11,577 nucleotides of DNA. It comes from Candidatus Sumerlaeales bacterium (GTDB lineage: Bacteria > Sumerlaeota > Sumerlaeia > Sumerlaeales > Sumerlaeaceae). The notes under the pieces were generated by a model, which did not search any database, was not told where the DNA came from, and was given only the letters and a program-made list of their open reading frames with translations. The stretch lies in NCBI GenBank assembly GCA_038243585.1, contig JBBSQY010000071.1, positions 1 through 11,577 on the forward strand, in the 5' to 3' direction. Below, one piece after another: positions 1 to 7,307 of the stretch; positions within the stretch are counted from its first letter, which is position 1, and each line of letters begins with the position of its first letter. Position numbers and translations under genes: made by a program.

Positions 1-754
1 GCAACGCCAGCGCATTATATCCGCCGTGGATAATCACTGCCGCCGCGATGTATGGCTCGGCCATCTGGGAATCAAACAGTCGCCCTTTTGCCACTGTTGC
101 TCGCCAGGCTGTGCGCAGGCCCAGCGCGCCTACCATTGTTGTGCCGACGTGTAACGCCACCGTCACCGTCCAGCGAAATTCCATAAGGTTTTCTCTGGCC
201 GCGTTGCTTAGCGATGACAAATAGACTCCGCCATAGACCAGGTTCTCGACCACCCCGAAAAGCAGCGCAGAAACACAGGCAGCGGCGATAATATGCCACC
301 CTTTTACGATGTACCACGGCTTCTTCTCCAGCAGAAAGAGCAGTCCCCCGAGCTTCATCATCTCTTCGACTACCGGCCCGGCCGCCACCATGTAAAGGAC
401 TCCGAAGAAGCCCTGGCTGCCGGCCGCCATCGTGCCCAGTACAGAAATTGGTCCCGCCAAAAGCGCACACAAAGAAACAACGCCCACCAGAACCATCGGC
501 GAAAGCCCAGCCCGCCGCTGATTGATTAGCTGAGACAGCTCCGTTTCTCCACTTTCGGACCTGTGAGCCGGCTCACTATAGACCGAATGCAGAATTTGCT
601 CCATGGCAGACTGGTCCGCGTTGTCGGCATCCGTCCGATTATACCTGTCCGGCATAGCATGTGGGCCCGGCAGCGGCGGCGGGCCCACAATGGGCCGCTC
701 TGGATCCGGCTGCATCCACGGTTCATCGAATACATTTCCGTTATCGCGTTTCAT
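1..754 (-). CDS. PrsW-family intramembrane glutamic/metallo-protease (3' end runs off the window; not in the ORF track)
   Basis: Manual translation from ATG 754 is open to the window edge (251 codons): MKRDNGNVFDEPW...GPVVEEMMKLGG...LLFGVVENLVY...FRWTVTVALHVG...AVIIHGGYNALAL. It contains the PrsW motifs EExxK (EE at nt 362-367), FxxxEN, R-x7-H and HxxYN (H at nt 26-28) among several hydrophobic segments. The start overlaps the upstream stop (ATGA, 751-754). Confidence 0.88.
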   Translation of the reverse strand, partial: MKRDNGNVFDEPWMQPDPERPIVGPPPLPGPHAMPDRYNRTDADNADQSAMEQILHSVYSEPAHRSESGETELSQLINQRRAGLSPMVLVGVVSLCALLAGPISVLGTMAAGSQGFFGVLYMVAAGPVVEEMMKLGGLLFLLEKKPWYIVKGWHIIAAACVSALLFGVVENLVYGGVYLSSLSNAARENLMEFRWTVTVALHVGTTMVGALGLRTAWRATVAKGRLFDSQMAEPYIAAAVIIHGGYNALAL

Positions 755-1224
755 TGCACGCGCATGGCGGTTCCGTAGGCATAGAGTTCCGCGCTGGAAG
801 CGGCGCGCCCCGGCCGATCCTGCATCATGGCCGTTTCCACACGCATGTTCCACACGATGTTGCACCCATGCTCGTCCGCCATGGTTTTCATGCGCACGAT
901 TGCCTCACGGCGCCCACGATCAAGAAGACGTTCGTACTCGCCCAGCCGTCCACCAATAATTTTTTTTAGCCCGCTTACGAAAACTTTATAGTAATCGTTA
1001 GCGACCACCACGGAACCGTAAACAAGCAGAGGTTCGGCGGTAACGGTCCACCCGCTTGGCAGACTTTTTATGTTTTCCACCCGAATATGGCTAAGGGCGG
1101 ATTCGCGCTCCAACAATCGCTCCAGGTGCCGGCGCTCCACGCTTCGTCCGATAAAAAAGAAAAAAATCAACATAACCACAGGAAACGCAAACTGTGTAAT
1201 TGCGCCAATCGCTTCGCTGGTCAT
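751..1224 (-). CDS. YbjQ/UPF0145-family (putative heavy-metal-binding) protein with an N-terminal transmembrane anchor
   Basis: 157 aa. N-terminal hydrophobic helix FAFPVVMLIFFFFIG followed by a basic/charged linker. The C-terminal domain GSVV...KKIIGGRLGEYERLLDRGRREAIVRM...NMRVET...AELYAYGTA aligns by eye with the adjacent YbjQ protein. Confidence 0.88.
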   Translation of the reverse strand: MTSEAIGAITQFAFPVVMLIFFFFIGRSVERRHLERLLERESALSHIRVENIKSLPSGWTVTAEPLLVYGSVVVANDYYKVFVSGLKKIIGGRLGEYERLLDRGRREAIVRMKTMADEHGCNIVWNMRVETAMMQDRPGRAASSAELYAYGTAMRVQ

Positions 1225-1226
1225 GA

Positions 1227-1541
1227 TTAAATTAGCACCACGGCCGTGCCGTATACGTAAAGCTCTGCTGCGCCGGATGTCACGCTACTTGTGGCAAACC
1301 GCACATTTACCACAGCGTTTGCGCCCAGTTGCCGCGCCTGGCTCATCATGCGCTCGGTGGCCTCACGCCGGGCATCCACCAGTAGCTCTGTGTAGCCTTT
1401 CAGTTCGCCGCCAAACATATTTTTGACCCCTGCCGCGATGTCACGACCGAGGTGCTTCGCCCGCACAGTGCTGCCTTGGACAAGCCCCTTGATCTCCATA
1501 ATCTCGCGCCCCGCCACATACTCCGTATTCACCACAATCAT
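1227..1541 (-). CDS. ybjQ: YbjQ/UPF0145-family protein
   Basis: 104 aa with typical family features: GLVQGSTVRAKHLGRDIAAGVKNMFGGELKGYTELL..AR.EA..RM...A..LGANAVVNVRF...AELYVYGTAV. SD GGAGAGG lies 9 nt upstream of the ATG. Confidence 0.93.
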   Translation of the reverse strand: MIVVNTEYVAGREIMEIKGLVQGSTVRAKHLGRDIAAGVKNMFGGELKGYTELLVDARREATERMMSQARQLGANAVVNVRFATSSVTSGAAELYVYGTAVVLI

Positions 1542-1549
1542 CGAGAATT

Positions 1550-1604
1550 GCCTCTCCGGTTTTTTTAGCAGATGTTAAATGACACTACTGCAAAAACCGG
1601 AGGC
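1550..1604 (-). promoter_or_regulatory. Inverted repeat covering the ybjQ ribosome-binding site
   Basis: CTCCGGTTTTT (1554-1564) is the perfect reverse complement of AAAAACCGGAG (1592-1602), extended by GCAG (1568-1571)/CTGC (1588-1591). The stem overlaps the minus-strand SD at 1551-1557. Confidence 0.45.
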
Positions 1605-1710
1605 GGCAGGCAACAGGAAATGTTAAGACCCCTGACAATCATCATGGGTACTGACGTTTTTTCATCTGCCTAATATGGATTAATTTCTGCTCTTTGTTTC
1701 AGGCAGCGTC

Positions 1711-4188
1711 TTAATCATAAAGCGACCACCCGATGGCTGCCGCGGGGGTCACAAACTGCGAATTAGTCGTGTACAGCAGGTCGGTGTCGGGTCCGTATGG
1801 ATTTGCATTGGCAAAAGGCGCAAAGAACCGCTGCCAGCCGACGACGACCATCCCGCGCGAAGCGGCCAGGGCCGGATATGTTTCGCCGATACCCGGATAG
1901 CCACTCTCTTCTGTGATACGCTCGGCGAGGCTCCAGGTCAGGCCGCCATCCTCGGAAGTCGCCATCTCAATACGGAAGTTGTGCCAGTACCCGTTCGTAT
2001 CGTTTTGCACGGGAGGTGCAATAAGCCGTTGCATCACAATCGCCCAACGCTGACCGCCAAGCCAGGTCAACTGCGGAAGCATGTATGCGGTGTTTACAAA
2101 ATTGTTAAGTGAAGGTCCCGTTTGAACCACAATTTCAGGCGACCAGGTTGCACCGTTATCCATCGACCGCCGCGACAAAACGTTTGCCACGAATCCTCCA
2201 TTGCCATCGGATTCCCCTTTTACGCTTGCCGCCAAAACGGTTCCGTTATGGTCCGATTTTATCTGTAATTGCTGCCAGAATTGAACTTGCTGATAATTGG
2301 GATTAAGGGTCCAGGTGATTCCATCGTCAGAAGAAACGTAGAGTTTATTACCAGCTGTCATTATGAACCAGGATGACTCACCGCTATATATCAGCTGATA
2401 AGCGTCAGATGAGAATGTCTCCGTAGCGGTTGTCCATGTTTGGCCTGCGTCCGTTGACCGGCTGATGTAAGTAGTAGCGTCCTGGGGCCGATTCGACGCA
2501 ATTATCACGGTACCTTCGCCATTCGCATCCAGCGGCGTATACCCGCCAAGGCCAAAAAGAAGAACCTGTGGGAGACTCCACGTTAGAGCGTTGTCTGTAG
2601 AGACCGCATACAAGGTTACATGGGCATCATACGCCGGGTTCTCATCGGTTGCGTCCACAGGCACCGTGCCGTCCCACCACGCCAGCCATCGGCCATCACC
2701 ATTATAGATAATATTCGGTGTCCCGTCATTGCTGGTTTCGGTTTCGAAATCCGCCTGCAGAGGCTGCTGGAACGGAAATGTACGCCCATGATCGGTGGAA
2801 CGACCAACGATTATTTTTGTGCCTCCACCGACGACGGCGTTCCAAACTCCCACGACAGTGCCATTGTCGCCTCCGGCAAGGCGCAGATCTGAATCCTCCA
2901 TTCGAAGGAGATCAACTTCCGCTGCGGCATTAACATAAGCTGGGCTGTTCCAGGTGGTGCCGCCAGTGGCCAAGCGTGAAAATTGAATATCAAAGTCCGG
3001 CGCCAAGGCTCCGGGTAGCCTTACGTTCGTGTGATAAACAGCCATAAATCCGCCGTCGCCAGAGGGCATTGTCGCCACGCCCCCTTCGGTTGCGTCCGGC
3101 CGGTTTGATATCGGCTGTGCGGCGGTCCAGGTAGTTACAGCATCAGCGGAACGGTAAGTGATAACGTCATTGCCAGCGTCCATAGCAAGCAGCCACTCAT
3201 CATCATCGGCGGCAAGGGACATGCGGCTCGGCCTTGTCAGCGTTTCCGGAAACGATTGGGATTCGGTCCAGGATACCCCGCCATCGGTTGTGACCGCGAC
3301 GAAAGGCTGGTGATCAACCAATGGGTAGTCCGATTTTTTATAGGCGATGGCGGCCACGTCGCCCGTTGCAAAAATGTCTCCCAGCACCGCTTTCAATGGA
3401 GCAGCGCTTAAATAAATGGTTTTCCAGCTCTCCCAGTTATCACCGTTATCGGAAGACGCGGCCACGGAGAGGGATGTATTGTTAATATCAAAGCCATGGC
3501 TGAAGCGAGTGATCGCGTGGAACCATAGTCCGTTTCCGGCGGAGGCGATACCCGACTCAAGAGTGCCATTAAAAGCGTTTCCCGTGTCTACAAAGGGGGG
3601 AGCCGTATAGGTCCACGTATTGCCATAGTCCGAAGATCGAAGCAACGCGGACTCGAAAGTCGCAATGACGTTTCCAGATCTATCGGACGCAATTTCCATA
3701 TCATAATCGTTTAATGAGCTGACGCTTCGTTCGTAAATGGAACCACTATACGGAATGACGGACGGTGACCAGTTTACTCCGTTATTCGTGGAATGGGATA
3801 CATGGGCGGTGGTCTCTGTAGTGCCTTCGTCTGACGTCGCCCACATAGCCAGCCAAAAGTTGTTTCCGGCAAAAGTAATATCTGCAGCTATGATCCGAGG
3901 CGATACCGCGTCACCGGGCAAGGCGATAGGCTGCCAGGTTTCGCCGAAATCAGCGCTGCGGCCGCCAGCTAAGCCGCCGCCAGCCTTTTTCCACAGTGAA
4001 ACCATCGTACCGGAACTGTCGGTATCCACTCTCGGGTAAGTTTCATTATTGTCAACATTGTCGACGAAAGCATAGGCATTAAGAATTTCAGGCGGAGTCC
4101 AAAAGGAGTCTTGGCTGAAAGCCTGTGTATTTGTAATGACGCAAAAAGTAAGAGCGACGGAAATCCGTAAAAGGTGATTGAGAAGCAT
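1711..4188 (-). CDS. Secreted BNR/Asp-box repeat (sialidase-like) tandem beta-propeller protein
   Basis: Start revised from 4248 to ATG 4188 (GAGGGA just upstream; signal peptide MLLNHLLRISVALTFCVITNTQAFS), giving 825 aa. About 13 Asp-box-like motifs, e.g. SADFGETW, STNNGVNW, SSDYGNTW, SSDNGDNW, TTDGGVSW, STDHGRTF, STDAGQTW, SDDGITW, SMDNGATW, SEDGGLTW. Ends AAAIGWSLYD. Confidence 0.85.
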   Translation of the reverse strand: MLLNHLLRISVALTFCVITNTQAFSQDSFWTPPEILNAYAFVDNVDNNETYPRVDTDSSGTMVSLWKKAGGGLAGGRSADFGETWQPIALPGDAVSPRIIAADITFAGNNFWLAMWATSDEGTTETTAHVSHSTNNGVNWSPSVIPYSGSIYERSVSSLNDYDMEIASDRSGNVIATFESALLRSSDYGNTWTYTAPPFVDTGNAFNGTLESGIASAGNGLWFHAITRFSHGFDINNTSLSVAASSDNGDNWESWKTIYLSAAPLKAVLGDIFATGDVAAIAYKKSDYPLVDHQPFVAVTTDGGVSWTESQSFPETLTRPSRMSLAADDDEWLLAMDAGNDVITYRSADAVTTWTAAQPISNRPDATEGGVATMPSGDGGFMAVYHTNVRLPGALAPDFDIQFSRLATGGTTWNSPAYVNAAAEVDLLRMEDSDLRLAGGDNGTVVGVWNAVVGGGTKIIVGRSTDHGRTFPFQQPLQADFETETSNDGTPNIIYNGDGRWLAWWDGTVPVDATDENPAYDAHVTLYAVSTDNALTWSLPQVLLFGLGGYTPLDANGEGTVIIASNRPQDATTYISRSTDAGQTWTTATETFSSDAYQLIYSGESSWFIMTAGNKLYVSSDDGITWTLNPNYQQVQFWQQLQIKSDHNGTVLAASVKGESDGNGGFVANVLSRRSMDNGATWSPEIVVQTGPSLNNFVNTAYMLPQLTWLGGQRWAIVMQRLIAPPVQNDTNGYWHNFRIEMATSEDGGLTWSLAERITEESGYPGIGETYPALAASRGMVVVGWQRFFAPFANANPYGPDTDLLYTTNSQFVTPAAAIGWSLYD

Positions 4189-4376
4189 TATTCCCTCGCA
4201 AATATTAAACAGTGTAGCGGCAGAATCCGGCCTCTGAGCAATTAGCATAGGACTAAAACAATATTTTGCCTACTACCCGCGGCGAAAGCGCCAACTTATG
4301 TGTTCTTAAATTTTAAAAGGCGGAGGGGGCACGGAGTTAAATTAGGGCCTGGCTGCCGTGGGAACAACAGATATTT

Positions 4377-4417
4377 AAAAGCGGTAGCTAGAGGGATAAA
4401 ACCCGACCTGCTACCGC
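4377..4417 (-). terminator. Probable intrinsic terminator after the dienelactone hydrolase gene
   Basis: GCGGTAGC (4381-4388)/GCTACCGC (4410-4417) 8-bp stem with inner GGG/CCC pairing, followed on the minus strand by TTTTAAAT. It lies about 80 nt past the stop at 4496. Confidence 0.5.
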
Positions 4418-4495
4418 AGTCAAATTTGCTGGTCTGTTTGTTTTGGGAATTCTCTCGGTTGCTGACGGCTTGTGAGCCATTCCTGCACGAAAAAT

Positions 4496-5296
4496 TTATT
4501 TTTCGCCAGTCGCAACAAAATCTGGAAACAATTCACCGAAGAAATCCTGCATTTCGGCCCATGAGCGCCGATCCGCTTTTTCGTTGTAAGCTACGCCTTT
4601 GGATGGATCGTTACCCGCGTCGGGATTCGTAAACGCATGGACCGCATGGCCGTAGGCGACCATGTACCAGTCAGCTTTGGCCTGGTTTAACTCGTCTCTA
4701 AGGGCAGCCAAAGACTCGTCCGAAACATGGGGATCAGCCGACCCGTGAAGCACCAGCACTTTTGGCTGGATCGTCGGGCTGGTAGGAACTTCGCCAATTT
4801 CGAGACCGCCATGAAAACTGACCACGCCCAGCACGTCGGAATTGGATCGCGCCAATTCAAGCACCGTGGTGCCGCCGAAGCAGAATCCGATGGCGGCGGT
4901 TTGCGCGCCATTGACGTTCGGCTGCGCTTTTAGCTGTTCCAGCGCGGCATTGACTCGCCGGCGCATCAGCGCACGGTCGCCTTTTACCTGGCCAGACCAT
5001 TCCCCGGCTTCGGCGGCGTCTTTTGTCACACGGCCTTCGCCATACATATCCGCCACAAATGCAACGTAGCCCATATCGGCCAACATGGCGGCGCGGCTGG
5101 TCACGTAATCATTAACGCCCCAGTATTCTGGAATAACCAGCACACCGGGCCGCTTTTCCGCCCGGTCCGAATCGACCGCCAAAACGCCTTTGTAGCTGGC
5201 GCCGTCGATTTTATACTCAACCACACTGGTCGTGGTTTTGGCCGAAACTGATGCTGTGATGGCCACACCGGTGGCAAATAATAGAAAGCGTTTCAT
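4496..5296 (-). CDS. Dienelactone hydrolase family protein (alpha/beta hydrolase), with signal peptide
   Basis: Start revised to ATG 5296 (AGGAG SD upstream), 266 aa. Motifs PGVLVIPEYWG, GYVAFVADMYG, nucleophile elbow GFCFGG, SFHG, LHGSADP and HAFTNP give the Cys-Asp-His triad. The N-terminus MKRFLLFATGVAITASVSA looks like a Sec signal peptide. Confidence 0.93.
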   Translation of the reverse strand: MKRFLLFATGVAITASVSAKTTTSVVEYKIDGASYKGVLAVDSDRAEKRPGVLVIPEYWGVNDYVTSRAAMLADMGYVAFVADMYGEGRVTKDAAEAGEWSGQVKGDRALMRRRVNAALEQLKAQPNVNGAQTAAIGFCFGGTTVLELARSNSDVLGVVSFHGGLEIGEVPTSPTIQPKVLVLHGSADPHVSDESLAALRDELNQAKADWYMVAYGHAVHAFTNPDAGNDPSKGVAYNEKADRRSWAEMQDFFGELFPDFVATGEK

Positions 5297-5378
5297 GGTT
5301 TTGATCTCCTGGGGAAGTTGCAATTTGCGGATACTTTACTAACGGTGTAGCCATTGGCATTCCCGTTTGCAGGGTATT

Positions 5379-5406
5379 TTATAGAAAATCGTTATAGAAA
5401 ATAACG
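5379..5406. promoter_or_regulatory. Candidate operator in the divergent promoter region
   Basis: Direct repeat TTATAGAAAAT at 5379-5389 and 5392-5402, overlapped by the inverted repeat CGTTAT-N5-ATAACG (5390-5406). Confidence 0.35.
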
Positions 5407-5544
5407 GATCCCTTCAAATTCCAGGCGCGCTTTTCCCCTTAAGTCTTTTAAACGGGTCGGAATGCCATTCCGGGCTTTAGTGAAAAATTTCTTGAGCCAA
5501 CGAAAAGCCTGCGGCCTTAGTGCTTCCAATATAAAGGACGCGCC

Positions 5545-7098
5545 ATGACTGAACTTCACTCCCAAGATACTGATTCCGAAGGCATGCTGAGCGCCGGCGA
5601 AGAGCGCTTTGACCGCCTCCGCAGGCTTACCGGGCTATGGCTCGGGCCATTGCTATTCGCGCTTCTGCTGCTTTTTCCTGTCCAGGGGGTAAGCCCGGAG
5701 GCGGCCAGGCTGGCTGCAATCCTTGCGCTCACGCTGGTGTGGTGGATGTGCGAGCCGATACCGATTCCGGTCACGGCCATTCTGGCGCCGGCCTTGTGCG
5801 TGGTATTTGGAATTGCGCCGGCGAAAGAACTTCTGGCGTCCTTTGGTGATCCCATCGTTTTTCTGTTTATCGGTGGGTTTATTCTGGCGGAGGCCATGAT
5901 GGTGCACGGTCTCGACCGCCGCATTGCGCTGGGCCTGCTGGGACTGGACTGGGTCGGCAACAGCATCGCCAGGGTATTCCTGGTGTTTGGCGGCATAGCG
6001 ATGTTCCTGAGCATGTGGCTGAGCAACACAGCCACGGTGGCAATGATGGCGCCTATCGGCCTCGGGATCATCGCTGAAATGCGCGAACTATTTGATCGGC
6101 AGAAGACTCCGGAATCGCACGCGGATCATCTTAAAGTAGCCACCGGCCTGATGTTGATTCTGGCATACGGTGCCAGCGTGGGCGGCATTGCGACGCCCAT
6201 TGGCACACCGCCAAACCTGATAGGCATCGGCCTGATTCGTCAGACGCTGGACATGGATATTTCGTTTGCCCGCTGGATGATGTTTGCCCTGCCCGCGACA
6301 TTGGCAATGTTCGGGATATTGTATGCGGTCATCCTCATTATGTACAAGCCAAAGACCGGCGCGATTGAAGGACTGAAAGAATACCTCGGCGAGCGAAAAG
6401 CAGGACTAGGCCATTGGACAAGGGGCCAGGTAAATACCCTTGTGGCATTTTTTACAGCGGTAATCTTATGGACCCTACCGGGGCTGTTGGCTCTTTTGCC
6501 GGGCGAGACCGTGCGGCGCGTGGCCGATAAATATGGCGACGTGATGCCGGAGGGCATAGTGGCTGTGCTGGCGGCGTCGATGCTATTTTTGCTGCCGGTC
6601 AACATACGCCGGGGCGAATTTACGATTACGTGGAAACAGGCGGTGCGGATCGACTGGGGCACGATTCTGCTTTTCGGTGGCGGCATCGCCCTCGGCAAAC
6701 TGGCGTTCAACACGGGCCTGGCGAGCGAAATCGGCGAGTCTATCCTGAAAGGCACAAACGTTTCCAGCCTTGGAATGATCACGCTCATGGCGATTATTTT
6801 CGGAATTCTCATCAGCGAAACCACCAGCAACACGGCCTCAGCGACGATGGTAGTTCCCGTAGCGATAAGCGTGGCCATGGCCGCCGGGGTTGATCCCCTG
6901 CCGCCAGCGCTGGGCGCCTGCATGGGAGCCAGCTTCGGTTTTATGCTACCAGTATCCACCCCGCCAAACGCCATCGTTTACGGCACAGGCTATGTCCCGA
7001 TCACAAAAATGGTCAAAACTGGAATCATCTTCGACATACTAGGAGCCGCAGTAATTTGGGCAACAGTAATGCTAGGCAGCGAAATTTTTAAACGGTAA
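5545..7098 (+). CDS. DASS/SLC13-family sodium-coupled anion (dicarboxylate/sulfate) symporter
   Basis: 517 aa, highly hydrophobic. WWMCEPIPIPVT, two SNT motifs (WLSNTAT, TSNTASA), TPIGTPPN, FMLPVSTPPNAIVYG and IDWGTILLFGGG are all characteristic of the family. SD-like AAAGGA upstream. Confidence 0.95.
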   Translation: MTELHSQDTDSEGMLSAGEERFDRLRRLTGLWLGPLLFALLLLFPVQGVSPEAARLAAILALTLVWWMCEPIPIPVTAILAPALCVVFGIAPAKELLASFGDPIVFLFIGGFILAEAMMVHGLDRRIALGLLGLDWVGNSIARVFLVFGGIAMFLSMWLSNTATVAMMAPIGLGIIAEMRELFDRQKTPESHADHLKVATGLMLILAYGASVGGIATPIGTPPNLIGIGLIRQTLDMDISFARWMMFALPATLAMFGILYAVILIMYKPKTGAIEGLKEYLGERKAGLGHWTRGQVNTLVAFFTAVILWTLPGLLALLPGETVRRVADKYGDVMPEGIVAVLAASMLFLLPVNIRRGEFTITWKQAVRIDWGTILLFGGGIALGKLAFNTGLASEIGESILKGTNVSSLGMITLMAIIFGILISETTSNTASATMVVPVAISVAMAAGVDPLPPALGACMGASFGFMLPVSTPPNAIVYGTGYVPITKMVKTGIIFDILGAAVIWATVMLGSEIFKR

Positions 7099-7205
7099 TT
7101 TCCAACGCAACCAATAAAAGATAATTGCCGACGCAGCCTTTAACGATAATTTTCCCCCGCAGTCGTTAACGCTGATTTTCGGCGCAGCCGAGGAAGTTTA
7201 AATAC

Positions 7206-7260
7206 GAACGGGAGCTTCTTCCCCGTTCTTAGTTGCTTTTGCTTTTGCTTTTCTTGCTTT
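7206..7260 (+). terminator. Probable intrinsic terminator between convergent genes
   Basis: GAACGGG (7206-7212)/CCCGTTC (7222-7228) stem followed by a long T-rich tract. Confidence 0.5.
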
Positions 7261-7293
7261 TTTGCAGTTCTTTGTGCCTTTGCGTCTTTGTGT
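7233..7293. repeat. Short tandem repeats: (TTGCTT)x3-4 and (CTTTGYGY)x3
   Basis: TTGCTT at 7233, 7239, 7245 and 7254. CTTTGTGC-CTTTGCGT-CTTTGTGT at 7270-7293. Confidence 0.7.
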
Positions 7294-7307
7294 CAAATTC
7301 GTCTAGT

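Noticed and set aside
660..689. 10-bp inverted repeat TGTGGGCCCG/CGGGCCCACA inside the PrsW-like CDS
   Set aside because: Explained by Gly-Pro codons (GGGCCC is self-complementary) in a GC-rich Pro-rich stretch; no U-tract and no other copies seen.
72..969. Track ORFs 72..470, 293..529, 526..735, 563..778, 603..959, 661..969
   Set aside because: Shadow frames of the PrsW-like gene (<1..754) and the TM-YbjQ gene; no recognisable motifs.
4189..4248. Upstream start (4248) for the Asp-box gene
   Set aside because: ATG 4188 has an SD-like sequence and gives a proper signal peptide.
4189..4495. Possible riboswitch, or ORF 4300..4632, in the 300-nt leader of the Asp-box gene
   Set aside because: No recognisable aptamer consensus; the hairpin is adequately explained as a terminator, and the ORF overlaps the hydrolase antisense with no motifs. 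An Rfam scan would settle it.
5354..5371. Sigma-54-like TTGGCAT...TTGCA
   Set aside because: GG-to-GC spacing is 11 nt rather than the required 10.
5556..6974. Long antisense ORFs 5556..6071 and 6240..6974 (similarly 7425..8003 and 9191..9688)
   Set aside because: Typical antisense shadows of well-supported genes in GC-rich DNA.
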